Below, in pieces: positions 1-8,818 of a DNA stretch of 64,000 bases. Position 1 is the first letter of the stretch, and every line of letters begins with the position of its first letter. The stretch spans positions 242,966 to 306,965 of the forward strand of contig JACESI010000001.1 in the NCBI GenBank assembly GCA_013911885.1, read 5' to 3'. Both the position numbers and the translations under genes were made by a program. The stretch is from Hyphomicrobiales bacterium. Its GTDB lineage: Bacteria; Pseudomonadota; Alphaproteobacteria; Rhizobiales; JACESI01. The notes under the pieces are model-generated. The model saw only the letters and a list, made by a program, of their open reading frames with translations. It ran no database searches and was not told the origin of the DNA.

Positions 1-1
1 A

Positions 2-382
2 TCGGTCATGATCATGACCGGGGCGGAGGTGAGCGTGCTTTTTTCCGATGATGCGCATGTGAAAATCATCAACCGCGACCATCGCGGCATGGATAAGCCG
101 ACCAATGTTCTCTCGTTTCCTCAAAAAAGGCGTGACATTAAGGCTTTTGGCCCCTATCTCGGCGATATCGTTCTTGCGAACGAGACTGTTCTTCGCGAGG
201 CGGCGGTCGAGGGCAAGCCGCCACGACACCATCTTCAGCATTTGCTCGTCCATGGATTTTTGCACCTCTTGGGTTATGATCACGAAACCGATGCCGAAGC
301 GGACCTTATGGAGAGGCTCGAACGCGATATTCTCCGCACGCTCGGGATTGCAGATCCCTACGGCGTCCCAGACAGGGATTAG
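2..382 (+). CDS. ybeY: Endoribonuclease YbeY (rRNA maturation factor); 5' end cut by the window edge
   Basis: The frame is open back to the window start. It carries the PTNVLSFP block and the zinc-binding signature [11 protein letters not shown]. It is followed by corC and lnt, as in the conserved ybeY-corC-lnt operon. Confidence 0.9.
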   Translation, partial: SVMIMTGAEVSVLFSDDAHVKIINRDHRGMDKPTNVLSFPQKRRDIKAFGPYLGDIVLANETVLREAAVEGKPPRHHLQHLLVHGFLHLLGYDHETDAEADLMERLERDILRTLGIADPYGVPDRD

Positions 383-390
383 GCGAAACA

Positions 391-1485
391 ATGACTACTG
401 AAAATTCCGTGCCAAAGGGTTCGCCCGCAGACACGATTGTGACGGAAGCGGAAGAAGGGCCCAGTCCGATCAATGGCGCCAGCAGGGCGCCCGCGGGGCC
501 TGGCCTCTTCGCGCGGTTACGCGCCTTGTTCTCGTTCAAAAAGAACGCAAGTCTTCGCGAGGATATCGAGGGCGTCCTTGAAAAGGCCGATGGCGATCTC
601 ACCTTCACGCCGGAAGAACGCGCGCTTCTGCGCAACATTCTGGCCCTTCGCGAAGTAAGGGCAGACGATGTCATGATCCCGCGCGCCGATATCACGGCGG
701 TGGATGTGCGCATCAGTCTCGGCGAACTCATTTTCCAGTTTGAGGAATCCCGGCATTCGCGGGTGCCGGTCTATCGTGAGACGCTCGATGATCCGATCGG
801 TTTCGTTCATGTCAAGGATCTGCTTGCTTTCATTATGCAACAGGCCGGCGAAAACCCGGGCGATGACACGAGACGCAATGATATCGTCGACTATGACCTG
901 AGCAGTGTTGATCTGAAGCGGACGCTGGAGAAAGTTGATATCTTGCGCCCGCTGCTCTTCATCCCGCCTTCAATGCCGGCTTTCGAGGTCTTTGCCCGGA
1001 TGCAGGCGACCCGTTCCCAGATGGCGCTGGTGATTGACGAATATGGCGGTACCGATGGCCTTGTCTCGATGGAGGATGTTGTCGAGGCGATTGTCGGCGA
1101 TATCGAAGATGAGCACGACGATGAGATCGGACCAGAAATCATCAAACAGGGTGAAAACCGTTGGGTCGCTGATGCCCGGGTGCCGGTGGCGGAGGTCTGC
1201 GAGGCGCTCGGCATTCCGGTTGAGGGCAATGGTGATGATGATGATGTCGACACGATTGGCGGGCTCCTCTTCACCAAATTGGGCCGTGTTCCGGTGCGCG
1301 GTGAAGTGGTGCCCGCCCTTGGTGATTTTGATTTCGAGATCATCGATGCCGACCCGCGCCGTATCCGCCGGGTGCGCATCGTGCCGTCGAAATTGCTTGG
1401 CAAACGGCGGCGGCGCAAGTCGGCGAACGAGCCAGCGGATGTGACCGGAACAAGCGAACAGAGACCAGGGAATTTGGAAGCGTGA
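391..1485 (+). CDS. corC: HlyC/CorC (TlyC) family protein with CBS pair and CorC_HlyC C-terminal domain
   Basis: 364-aa ORF whose ATG lies 9 nt after the ybeY stop. It has the CBS-pair region (VMIPRADI...HSRVPVY) and the C-terminal transporter-associated domain (VDTIGGLLFTKLGRVP). Its stop overlaps the lnt GTG start (GTGA). Confidence 0.85.
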   Translation: MTTENSVPKGSPADTIVTEAEEGPSPINGASRAPAGPGLFARLRALFSFKKNASLREDIEGVLEKADGDLTFTPEERALLRNILALREVRADDVMIPRADITAVDVRISLGELIFQFEESRHSRVPVYRETLDDPIGFVHVKDLLAFIMQQAGENPGDDTRRNDIVDYDLSSVDLKRTLEKVDILRPLLFIPPSMPAFEVFARMQATRSQMALVIDEYGGTDGLVSMEDVVEAIVGDIEDEHDDEIGPEIIKQGENRWVADARVPVAEVCEALGIPVEGNGDDDDVDTIGGLLFTKLGRVPVRGEVVPALGDFDFEIIDADPRRIRRVRIVPSKLLGKRRRRKSANEPADVTGTSEQRPGNLEA

Positions 1486-3122
1486 GCCCGATTGACGCGG
1501 TCTTGAAGGCAGGTCACAGCTTTGTTCTCCTGTCGGGGTGGCGCGCGCATGGCGTCTCTGTCCTGATTGGTGCAATCAGCGCTGCCGCGCTGCCACCGCT
1601 CTTCTTGTTCCCGATTCTCTGGGTGACCTTTCCAGTCCTCGTTTTGATGCTGGATGGCGCATCGCCCAACCCGTACCGGCGCGGCGTTTTCCGGCTGATG
1701 CCGGCATTTTCGTGCGGATACTGGTTTGGCTTCGGCTATTTTGTCGCCGGCCTGTGGTGGCTCGGCGGAGCGTTTCTGGTGGATGCCGAGAAATTCGCCT
1801 GGCTGATGCCGTTCGCCATTATCGGCCTTCCGCTCGGTCTTTCGGTTTTCTTCGGATTGGCGACGGCTTCAGCGCGCCTGTTCTGGGCACCGGGAGCGCC
1901 GCGCCTGCTGGCGCTTGCCGCATGTCTTGCGACCTTCGAATGGCTGCGCGGAACCATCCTGACCGGCTTTCCATGGAACAGTCTCGGCAGCCTGCTTTCG
2001 GCCAATGATGTCATGATGCAGGGGCTCTCGCTGGTCGGGTTGCCGGTCTACCATTTTCTGTCTGTCCTGATTTTTGCAAGTCCGGTTCTGTTGCTCGATG
2101 CCGACCAGGACCGGCGTGGCGCGCGGCGGATGCTGAGCGCGGCCCTCGTTGTTTTCGGTGCGCTTGCAGGCTTTGGCTTCGCTCGGCTTGCCACGGCAAC
2201 CGCTGCTCCGCATGAGGGCGTACGCCTCAGGATCATTCAGCCCGACATTCCGCAGGCCAATAAATTTTCCGCCGAATTCGGCCGCGAGGTGCTCGACCGC
2301 TATCTTGAAATGTCAGCGCGCAAGAAAGAACCGGGCGATCTCGGACTTCTCGCTGCCACCCATCTGATCTGGCCGGAATCGGCGTTTCCCTTTCTTCTGA
2401 CGGAAAATCCCGAAGCGCTTTCAGCGATTGCGGACCTTTTGCCACAAGGCACGACCCTGATCACAGGCGCGGTGCGCTCCGATCCGCGCGGCAGCCCCGG
2501 CCATCAGCGCAATTTCTACAATTCGCTCTATGTGATCGGCCATGACGGCCTTATTCGTGACGCGTATGACAAGGTCCATCTCGTTCCCTTCGGCGAATAT
2601 CTGCCCTTTGGGGAAATCGTCGAAAAGACGGGGCTTTTGCCAATCATCGAATTACCGGGCGGTTTTACGGCGGGGGTGAAGCAGCGTGTCATGCGGGCAG
2701 GCTCCGCCCCGCCCTTTCTTCCGCTCATCTGCTATGAGGTGATTTTTCCGCAGGAAGACCCGGCCCCGGACGCGACGCAAAAGCCCGAATGGATTCTCAA
2801 TCTGACCAATGACGCCTGGTTCGGACTGACAAGCGGGCCATACCAGCATTTCCATCAATCGAAGATGCGCGCCGCTGAAGAAGGACTGCCGGTGGTTCGC
2901 GTTGCAAACAACGGTATTTCCGCAGTCATCGACGGCTATGGCCGGACCCAGTCCTTCCTGCCGCTCGGCGGGCCCGGCATCCTCGACGCCGATTTGCCAC
3001 CAATGGTTGCATTGCCGGTTGCAGATCCCTGGAAAAGGGCTATGTTCTGGACGCTTATCATTGTTGCTTTCGTTGTCTGTTTCTGGAGTGCAAAGTCGCG
3101 GCGGCGCATGAAAGCCGGTTAA
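1482..3122 (+). CDS. lnt: Apolipoprotein N-acyltransferase
   Basis: 546 aa with a multi-TM N-terminal half plus a CN-hydrolase domain (KVHLVPFGEYLP, catalytic-Cys block LICYEVIFP). Its position after ybeY-corC is canonical. Confidence 0.9.
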   Translation: MSPIDAVLKAGHSFVLLSGWRAHGVSVLIGAISAAALPPLFLFPILWVTFPVLVLMLDGASPNPYRRGVFRLMPAFSCGYWFGFGYFVAGLWWLGGAFLVDAEKFAWLMPFAIIGLPLGLSVFFGLATASARLFWAPGAPRLLALAACLATFEWLRGTILTGFPWNSLGSLLSANDVMMQGLSLVGLPVYHFLSVLIFASPVLLLDADQDRRGARRMLSAALVVFGALAGFGFARLATATAAPHEGVRLRIIQPDIPQANKFSAEFGREVLDRYLEMSARKKEPGDLGLLAATHLIWPESAFPFLLTENPEALSAIADLLPQGTTLITGAVRSDPRGSPGHQRNFYNSLYVIGHDGLIRDAYDKVHLVPFGEYLPFGEIVEKTGLLPIIELPGGFTAGVKQRVMRAGSAPPFLPLICYEVIFPQEDPAPDATQKPEWILNLTNDAWFGLTSGPYQHFHQSKMRAAEEGLPVVRVANNGISAVIDGYGRTQSFLPLGGPGILDADLPPMVALPVADPWKRAMFWTLIIVAFVVCFWSAKSRRRMKAG

Positions 3123-3186
3123 AGTGTACTATTTTAGTGGCGTTGCTTGTTCGCTGCCGCGCCGGAAATTGCAGAAAGGCATTCCG

Positions 3187-3606
3187 ATGACGGGGAGAAA
3201 AACCCCCAACCCGATTGACGTTCATGTCGGCAGCCGCGTGCGGCTGCGCCGCACCATGATGGGCATGAGCCAGGAAAAATTGGGCGAAGATCTCGGCATT
3301 ACCTTTCAGCAGGTGCAGAAATACGAGAAGGGCACCAACCGCATCGGCGCGAGCCGGCTTCAGAATATTTCGGAAATCCTGCAAGCGCCGGTTTCGTTCT
3401 TTTTCGACGGACTGCCCGGTCTTCCGGCAGAGAGCACACCGGATGGGTTTCATGAAGACAGTGCGGCGCCAATGATGGAATTTCTGTCGAGCAGCGACGG
3501 GCTGCAACTCAACCGCGCCTTCGCCCGCATACACGACCCAAAGGTGCGCAAGCGGATCATTGAACTCGTCCGCTCCCTCGGCGAGGGTGACGACAAGGCA
3601 CTCTAA
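3187..3606 (+). CDS. XRE-family helix-turn-helix transcriptional regulator
   Basis: HTH_3 signature MSQEKLGEDLGITFQQVQKYEKGTNRIGASRL. I trimmed the start to the ATG at 3187 (MTGRKTPNPIDVHVG...), because the upstream extension of the 3124 ORF has no conserved look. Confidence 0.8.
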   Translation: MTGRKTPNPIDVHVGSRVRLRRTMMGMSQEKLGEDLGITFQQVQKYEKGTNRIGASRLQNISEILQAPVSFFFDGLPGLPAESTPDGFHEDSAAPMMEFLSSSDGLQLNRAFARIHDPKVRKRIIELVRSLGEGDDKAL

Positions 3607-3670
3607 GGCAACACTGCCGTCGGTTCCTTCAATTTCTGCGTGCTTATTCACCGCTCTTTCTTGACGCCGC

Positions 3671-3686
3671 ATGGCAAAATTGCCAT
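3671..3686. promoter_or_regulatory. Inverted repeat ATGGCAA-AA-TTGCCAT (7-2-7) just downstream of a TTGACG -35-like hexamer (3661..3666); candidate operator in the metK upstream region
   Basis: Read directly from the sequence. The arms are exact reverse complements. Function is inferred only from position. Confidence 0.35.
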
Positions 3687-3769
3687 GAGCATCGGACTTT
3701 GCCGAAATGGCAGGCGGCGAACCCGATTGGCATCCGCCGTTTTTAAACCTGTGTTGAAGAGGAACATCC

Positions 3770-4972
3770 GTGGCACGCTCGTCCTATCTTTTTACCAGCG
3801 AATCCGTTTCCGAAGGTCATCCTGACAAGGTCGCGGACCGCATCTCGGACACCATTGTCGATGCTTATTTCGAAGCGGCATTGAAGGACGGGCTCGACCC
3901 ATGGCAGGTGCGTGTCGCCGCAGAGACGCTGACCACCACCAACAAGGTCGTCATTGCCGGAGAAGTGCGCGGCTCCGAGAGCGTTACCCATGATCATATC
4001 GAAGCGATCACCCGCGCCGCGATCAGGGACATCGGCTACGAGCAGGACGGCTTTCACTGGAAGCACGCCGATATCGACATTCTGCTCCATTCCCAGTCGT
4101 CCGACATCGCCCAGGGCGTGGATGTGGGCGGCGTGAAAAGCGACAATGAAGGCGAAGGCGCGGGCGATCAGGGCATCATGTTCGGTTATGCGTGCCGCGA
4201 CACGGACGTGCTGATGCCCGCCCCGATCCATTATTCTCATGCCATTCTTCGCCGCCTCGCGGAAGTCCGCAAGAATGGCAGTGAGCCAACCCTTGAGCCG
4301 GACGCGAAAAGTCAGGTCACCGTCGCTTATGAAAACGGCAAGCCGGTCGGCGTTACCTCGATCGTCCTTTCAACCCAGCATTCCGACGAGAAGCAGACAT
4401 CGGCTGATATCCGCGCAATCGTCGAGCCTTATATCCGCGAAGTTCTGCCCGCAGATTGGATCAGCGAAAAGACGGTCTGGCACGTCAACCCGACCGGCAA
4501 GTTCGTGATCGGTGGCCCGGATGGCGATTGCGGCCTCACCGGGCGCAAGATCATCGTCGACACCTATGGCGGCTATGCGCCGCATGGCGGCGGTGCTTTC
4601 TCGGGCAAGGATTCGACCAAGGTCGATCGCTCGGCCGCCTATGCCGCGCGTTATCTGGCGAAAAACGTCGTCGCCGCCGGTATTGCGCCCTGGTGTTCGA
4701 TCCAGCTTTCTTATGCGATCGGTGTGTCCCAGCCCCTGTCGATCTATGTTGATATGGGTGAGCAGGGTGAAGTCAGCGAAGAAGCGCTCGAAAAGGCTCT
4801 GGGTCAGGTCATGGACCTGTCGCCGACCGGCATCCGCCGCCATCTCGATCTCAACAAGCCGATTTACGCCCGCACCGCCGCCTATGGTCATTTCGGACGC
4901 GAGCCGGATGCAGAGGGCGGTTTCTCATGGGAGAAGACCGATCTTGTCGAAGCCCTGAAAAAAGCGCTTTAA
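3770..4972 (+). CDS. metK: S-adenosylmethionine synthetase
   Basis: 400 aa with a GTG start. Signatures are [26 protein letters not shown] and GGGAFSGKD. Confidence 0.97.
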   Translation: MARSSYLFTSESVSEGHPDKVADRISDTIVDAYFEAALKDGLDPWQVRVAAETLTTTNKVVIAGEVRGSESVTHDHIEAITRAAIRDIGYEQDGFHWKHADIDILLHSQSSDIAQGVDVGGVKSDNEGEGAGDQGIMFGYACRDTDVLMPAPIHYSHAILRRLAEVRKNGSEPTLEPDAKSQVTVAYENGKPVGVTSIVLSTQHSDEKQTSADIRAIVEPYIREVLPADWISEKTVWHVNPTGKFVIGGPDGDCGLTGRKIIVDTYGGYAPHGGGAFSGKDSTKVDRSAAYAARYLAKNVVAAGIAPWCSIQLSYAIGVSQPLSIYVDMGEQGEVSEEALEKALGQVMDLSPTGIRRHLDLNKPIYARTAAYGHFGREPDAEGGFSWEKTDLVEALKKAL

Positions 4973-5002
4973 TTAACCGGTCTATGTCCACGAACAGCCG
5001 CA

Positions 5003-5039
5003 GCCGCGGATTAATCTGCTGATCCGCGGCGGTATTATT
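5003..5039 (+). terminator. Putative intrinsic terminator after metK
   Basis: Stem GCCGCGGAT (5003..5011) pairs with ATCCGCGGC (5022..5030) around a 10-nt loop. An imperfect T-rich tail (GGTATTATT) follows. Confidence 0.4.
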
Positions 5040-5117
5040 GAGGCCTTGCCGCTTATGTGTGTTGGCAAAACCGGTTGTACCGAAAGTGGCGACAATGACC
5101 GCACGAAAGTGCGCGCC

Positions 5118-5864
5118 ATGCCGCTTTCCCATGGCGCGCAGCTGGCGCGTGGTTTTTTCGGGCGGCGCGCTGGAAAGACCCTGACTAAGCGCCAGGCCGC
5201 GCTGATGGCGGATCTTCTGCCAAGGATCGGCCTTGATATCGACGCCCCCGCCCCATTGGATCTCCACGGGCTCTTCGACCATCCGGTCGGTAAGATCTGG
5301 CTCGAGAGCGGTTTTGGCGGCGGCGAGCATCTGATCCACCGCGCGCTTCAAAATCCCGGAACGGGCTTCATTGGGATCGAGCCGTTTCGAAACGGTATGG
5401 CAAAAGCGCTGGTCGATATCGATGAGCGGGGATTGCAGAATATCCGGCTTTATGCCGAGGAAGCGGGCGCGCTTCTCGATTGGCTGCCGCCTGCATCCCT
5501 TGACGGATTCTATCTGCTTTACCCGGACCCCTGGCCGAAACCGCGCCATTTCAAGCGGCGCTTCATCAACCGCGACAATCTTGAGCGCATCGCGCGCGTG
5601 CTGAAACCGGGGGCAGATTTTCGTCTCGCTTCCGATATTGACAGCTATGTCGAATGGGCCGTTGACCAGTGTGCGGCGCATGGGGCCTTCCGCCTTGTCA
5701 ATATGTCTGCGGAAACAGCGCTTGAGCCGTGGGACGGCTGGCCCGGAACCCGCTATGAAGAAAAGGCGCTGCGCGAAGGGCGGTGTCCGCGTTATCTCAC
5801 TTTCGAGCGGACTTCTGTTGCGATCGAAAGAGGGTTTGAGGCCGCAGACAATGACCGAAAATGA
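5118..5864 (+). CDS. trmB: tRNA (guanine-N7)-methyltransferase
   Basis: Carries the SAM-binding block ESGFGGGEHL and the signature YLLYPDPWPKPRHFKRRF. I preferred the ATG at 5118 over the TTG at 5046, but the start is uncertain. Confidence 0.88.
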   Translation: MPLSHGAQLARGFFGRRAGKTLTKRQAALMADLLPRIGLDIDAPAPLDLHGLFDHPVGKIWLESGFGGGEHLIHRALQNPGTGFIGIEPFRNGMAKALVDIDERGLQNIRLYAEEAGALLDWLPPASLDGFYLLYPDPWPKPRHFKRRFINRDNLERIARVLKPGADFRLASDIDSYVEWAVDQCAAHGAFRLVNMSAETALEPWDGWPGTRYEEKALREGRCPRYLTFERTSVAIERGFEAADNDRK

Positions 5865-6231
5865 ATTCAATGCCTTTTGCGCGTGCCTGCCTAAGACCGC
5901 TTATGTCATGCAGTGGGGCGGGTCGCATGTCTGGAAAGTCGGCGATAAGGTGTTCGCGATCGGAAGGCCGGATGCGGATATACTGGGCATCACCTTCAAA
6001 GTGACGCCGCTTTCCTATGACATTTTGAAGAACGAGCCTGGATTCCGGCCGGCACCATATCTTGCTTCCCGAGGCATGAAATGGATACAGCGTCATGCAA
6101 GCTCTGATATCAGCGACGCGCATCTCAAAGCCTATATCGAGCGATCCTACGATCTCGTCGTCGAAAAGCTGACACGCAGGAGCCGCGCGGCGCTCGGTCT
6201 TCAGGCAAAAGCGCCCGGAGAGCGATCATGA
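5851..6231 (+). CDS. MmcQ/YjbR family DNA-binding protein
   Basis: 126 aa starting MTENEFNAFCACLPKTAYVMQWGGSHVWKVGDKVFAI, which is typical of the YjbR fold family. It overlaps the trmB 3' end by 14 nt. The longer 5638 ORF is an out-of-frame read through trmB. Confidence 0.7.
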   Translation: MTENEFNAFCACLPKTAYVMQWGGSHVWKVGDKVFAIGRPDADILGITFKVTPLSYDILKNEPGFRPAPYLASRGMKWIQRHASSDISDAHLKAYIERSYDLVVEKLTRRSRAALGLQAKAPGERS

Positions 6232-6291
6232 AGCGCCTGACCGTGTCGGCAAATGCTGGGAAAAGGCGGCTCGATGTGCTTCGAGAGGCTG

Positions 6292-6320
6292 CTTGCGTCC
6301 CGGCTTTCAGGATGCTATAG
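6292..6320 (+). promoter_or_regulatory. sigma70-like promoter candidate CTTGCG-N17-CTATAG
   Basis: It matches the rhizobial housekeeping consensus CTTGAC-N17-CTATAT at 9 of 12 positions with exact 17-nt spacing. It lies in the yjbR-rimP intergenic region. Confidence 0.3.
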
Positions 6321-6349
6321 AGCGCCAACAACTCAATCACGCTTGATGA

Positions 6350-6378
6350 GAGTGGGCCCGCCGGACCCGCTCTTTTTT
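6350..6378 (+). terminator. Intrinsic terminator in the rimP-nusA-infB upstream region
   Basis: Stem GAGTGGG (6350..6356) pairs with CCCGCTC (6366..6372) with one G-U pair and a 9-nt loop. A T6 tract follows at 6373..6378. Confidence 0.65.
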
Positions 6379-6420
6379 ATTGGTCGACGTGATTGGGCAA
6401 CGCTCTCAAGTGTCGATCCG

Positions 6421-6486
6421 GGAAAAGGTGAGGCCCGAAAAAGGTGATGCCTGGGAAAAGGTGAGGCCTGAAAAAAGTGAGGGGGG
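6421..6486. repeat. Four tandem ~16-17-nt repeats (consensus GRAAAAGGTGAKGCCYG), each containing a Shine-Dalgarno-like AGGTGA core
   Basis: Units are at 6421..6437, 6438..6453, 6454..6470 and 6471..6486. The array can equally be read as a 33-nt unit duplicated. It ends 52 nt upstream of the rimP ATG. Confidence 0.8.
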
Positions 6487-6537
6487 TTCTCGAATGAACG
6501 GGACGCCCTGTAAAGAAGCCGGGTTGATTGAAAACGC

Positions 6538-7119
6538 ATGAACGAGCCGTCGGGTATGGAACACGAGACCGCCAAGGAAAAACGCATCGTCATCGAGACG
6601 GGCCTTGATGCCCGCATCGCGGCGGCGATTGAACCGGTGATCGAGGATATCGGCTACCGGCTGGTGCGTGTCCGCGTCTCAGGACTGAACGGCCTTACCG
6701 TGCAGATCATGGCTGAAAAGCCGGATGGCACCATGTCTGTGAACGACTGCGAGGAAGTCAGTCGCAATATATCGCCTGTGCTTGATGTGGAAGATCCGGT
6801 CAAACAGGCGTATAATCTGGAAGTATCGTCACCCGGTGTGGATCGGCCCCTCGTTCGTGTATCGGATTTTGATCGCTGGTCGGGGCATGAAGTAAAGCTG
6901 GAATTGGCAGTACCCAATGCGGGCCGCCGCCGCTATCGGGGGACGCTTCTGGGCACAGAGACGTCTGAGGCCGGCATCATGGTGGGTGTCGATATTCCGG
7001 ACACGCCAGCCGGCGAAGAGAGGAAAGTTTGGCTGCGGCTTGATACCGTCGGCGAGGCCAAACTCGTAATGACAGATAAACTGATGGAAGACGCCGCGAG
7101 CCGGCTCAATCCTTCCTGA
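6538..7119 (+). CDS. rimP: Ribosome maturation factor RimP
   Basis: 193 aa with [28 protein letters not shown] and [12 protein letters not shown] blocks. It is the first gene of the rimP-nusA-infB operon. The ATG at 6556 is an alternative start. Confidence 0.9.
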   Translation: MNEPSGMEHETAKEKRIVIETGLDARIAAAIEPVIEDIGYRLVRVRVSGLNGLTVQIMAEKPDGTMSVNDCEEVSRNISPVLDVEDPVKQAYNLEVSSPGVDRPLVRVSDFDRWSGHEVKLELAVPNAGRRRYRGTLLGTETSEAGIMVGVDIPDTPAGEERKVWLRLDTVGEAKLVMTDKLMEDAASRLNPS

Positions 7120-7152
7120 CGACAAAGGCTTTCGAGAGAGGAACTTATTCAG

Positions 7153-8757
7153 ATGGCCGTTAGTGCAAACCGTCTTGAGCTTTTGCAGATTGCAGATGCC
7201 GTCGCGCGTGAAAAGGTGATCGACCGCGAGATCGTGATCGCCGCCATGGAAGACGCGATCCAGAAAGCTGCCAAATCCCGTTATGGCGCGGAAACCAATG
7301 TGAACGCCGAGATTGATCCGAAAACCGGCGAGATCCGGCTGCAGCGCCTTCTCGAAGTGGTCGAGCATCTCGAAGATCCGACGACCCAGATCGATATCGT
7401 CACCGCCCAGCAGCAGAACCCTGCCGCCACCCTCGGTGATTTCATCGGTGAGGCGCTGCCGCCGCTCGATTTCGGCCGGATTGCCGCCCAGTCGGCGAAA
7501 CAGGTCATCGTGCAGAAAGTGCGTGAAGCCGAGCGGGACCGCCAGTTTGACGAATTCAAGGACCGCGTCGGCGAAATCATCAACGGGACGGTGAAGCGCG
7601 TCGAATATGGCAATGTGATCGTCGACCTCGGTCGTGGCGAGGCAATTCTGCGGCGTGATGAACTGATCCCGCGCGAAGCCTATCGCTATGGCGACCGTGT
7701 GCGGGCCTATGTTCAGGACGTGCGCCGCGAGCAGCGCGGCCCGCAGATTTTCCTGTCGCGCACCGCGCCGGAATTCATGGCGAAGCTCTTCGCTCAGGAA
7801 GTACCCGAAATTTACGACGGCATCATCCAGATCCGCCACGTTGCCCGCGATCCGGGCTCGCGTGCGAAAATTGCGGTGATCTCGAAAGACAGCTCCATCG
7901 ATCCGGTCGGCGCCTGCGTTGGGATGCGCGGCTCGCGCGTTCAGGCCGTGGTCAACGAGCTTCAGGGCGAAAAGATCGACATCATTCCGTGGAACCCCGA
8001 TCAGGCAACCTTCATCGTCAACGCCCTTCAGCCGGCGCAGGTCACGAAAGTGGTGATCGACGAAGATCAGAATCGTATCGAAGTTGTGGTCCCGGATGAG
8101 CAATTGTCGCTGGCAATCGGTCGTCGCGGTCAGAATGTGCGGCTTGCCTCGCAGCTAACCGGCTGGGATATCGACATCCTGACCGAGCAGGACGAGAGCG
8201 AACGGCGCCAGAAGGAATTTACCGAGCGCACCGCACTTTTCGCCGATGCGCTGGATGCGGACGAGGTCGTTGCCCAGCTTCTTGCCTCTGAAGGATTTGC
8301 AAGTCTCGAAGAGATTGCCTATGTGGAACTCGACGAAATTGCCTTCATCGAAGGCTTTGACGACGATACCGCGACCGAGCTTCAGTCCCGCGCCCGCGAG
8401 CATCTCGAAAAGCGGGATCGCGAGCTTGATGGCGAGCGCCGCGCGCTTGGTGTCGCGGACGACCTCCTGCAGGTTCCGAACATGACCACCGCGATGCTGG
8501 TGGCTCTTGGCAAGGGTGAGATCAAGACGCTCGACGATTTCGCGGGCTGCGTCGCCGACGATCTTCTTGGCTGGAGCGAGCGCAAGGACGGTCAGACCAA
8601 GCGTTTTGCCGGTATTCTCGAAGGGTTCGACATCAGCCGCGAAGATGCCGACAACATGATCATGACGGCGCGTGTCCAGGCGGGATGGATTTCAGCCGAA
8701 GATCTGGAACGCGCCACCGAAGACGACGTTGAAATTGAAGAGGAACAAGAGGCCTGA
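7153..8757 (+). CDS. nusA: Transcription termination/antitermination factor NusA
   Basis: 534 aa with an N-terminal domain, S1 and two KH domains (GACVGMRGSRVQAVVNELQGEKIDII), plus the C-terminal acidic repeats typical of proteobacterial NusA. Confidence 0.97.
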   Translation: MAVSANRLELLQIADAVAREKVIDREIVIAAMEDAIQKAAKSRYGAETNVNAEIDPKTGEIRLQRLLEVVEHLEDPTTQIDIVTAQQQNPAATLGDFIGEALPPLDFGRIAAQSAKQVIVQKVREAERDRQFDEFKDRVGEIINGTVKRVEYGNVIVDLGRGEAILRRDELIPREAYRYGDRVRAYVQDVRREQRGPQIFLSRTAPEFMAKLFAQEVPEIYDGIIQIRHVARDPGSRAKIAVISKDSSIDPVGACVGMRGSRVQAVVNELQGEKIDIIPWNPDQATFIVNALQPAQVTKVVIDEDQNRIEVVVPDEQLSLAIGRRGQNVRLASQLTGWDIDILTEQDESERRQKEFTERTALFADALDADEVVAQLLASEGFASLEEIAYVELDEIAFIEGFDDDTATELQSRAREHLEKRDRELDGERRALGVADDLLQVPNMTTAMLVALGKGEIKTLDDFAGCVADDLLGWSERKDGQTKRFAGILEGFDISREDADNMIMTARVQAGWISAEDLERATEDDVEIEEEQEA

Positions 8758-8818
8758 TACGATCGGGACCCCCGGTAGATCACCAGTAAATCCACGGTAA
8801 ACCCTTGAAGGCTGGTTG

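Noticed and set aside
3671-3686. I considered reading TGGCA...TTGCC inside the metK-upstream palindrome as a sigma54 (-24/-12) promoter.
   Set aside because: The spacing from the GG to the GC is 9 nt instead of the 12 nt from the first G of GG to the G of GC in the TGGCAC-N5-TTGCW consensus used here.
6231-6537. I looked for a tRNA gene upstream of rimP, by analogy with the E. coli metY tRNA. I also considered the small ORFs 6253..6447 (+), 6125..6340 (-) and 6333..6617 (-).
   Set aside because: There is no T-loop (GGTTCGAATCC-like) or cloverleaf-compatible sequence. The ORFs have no RBS, and their repetitive peptides simply mirror the tandem DNA repeat.
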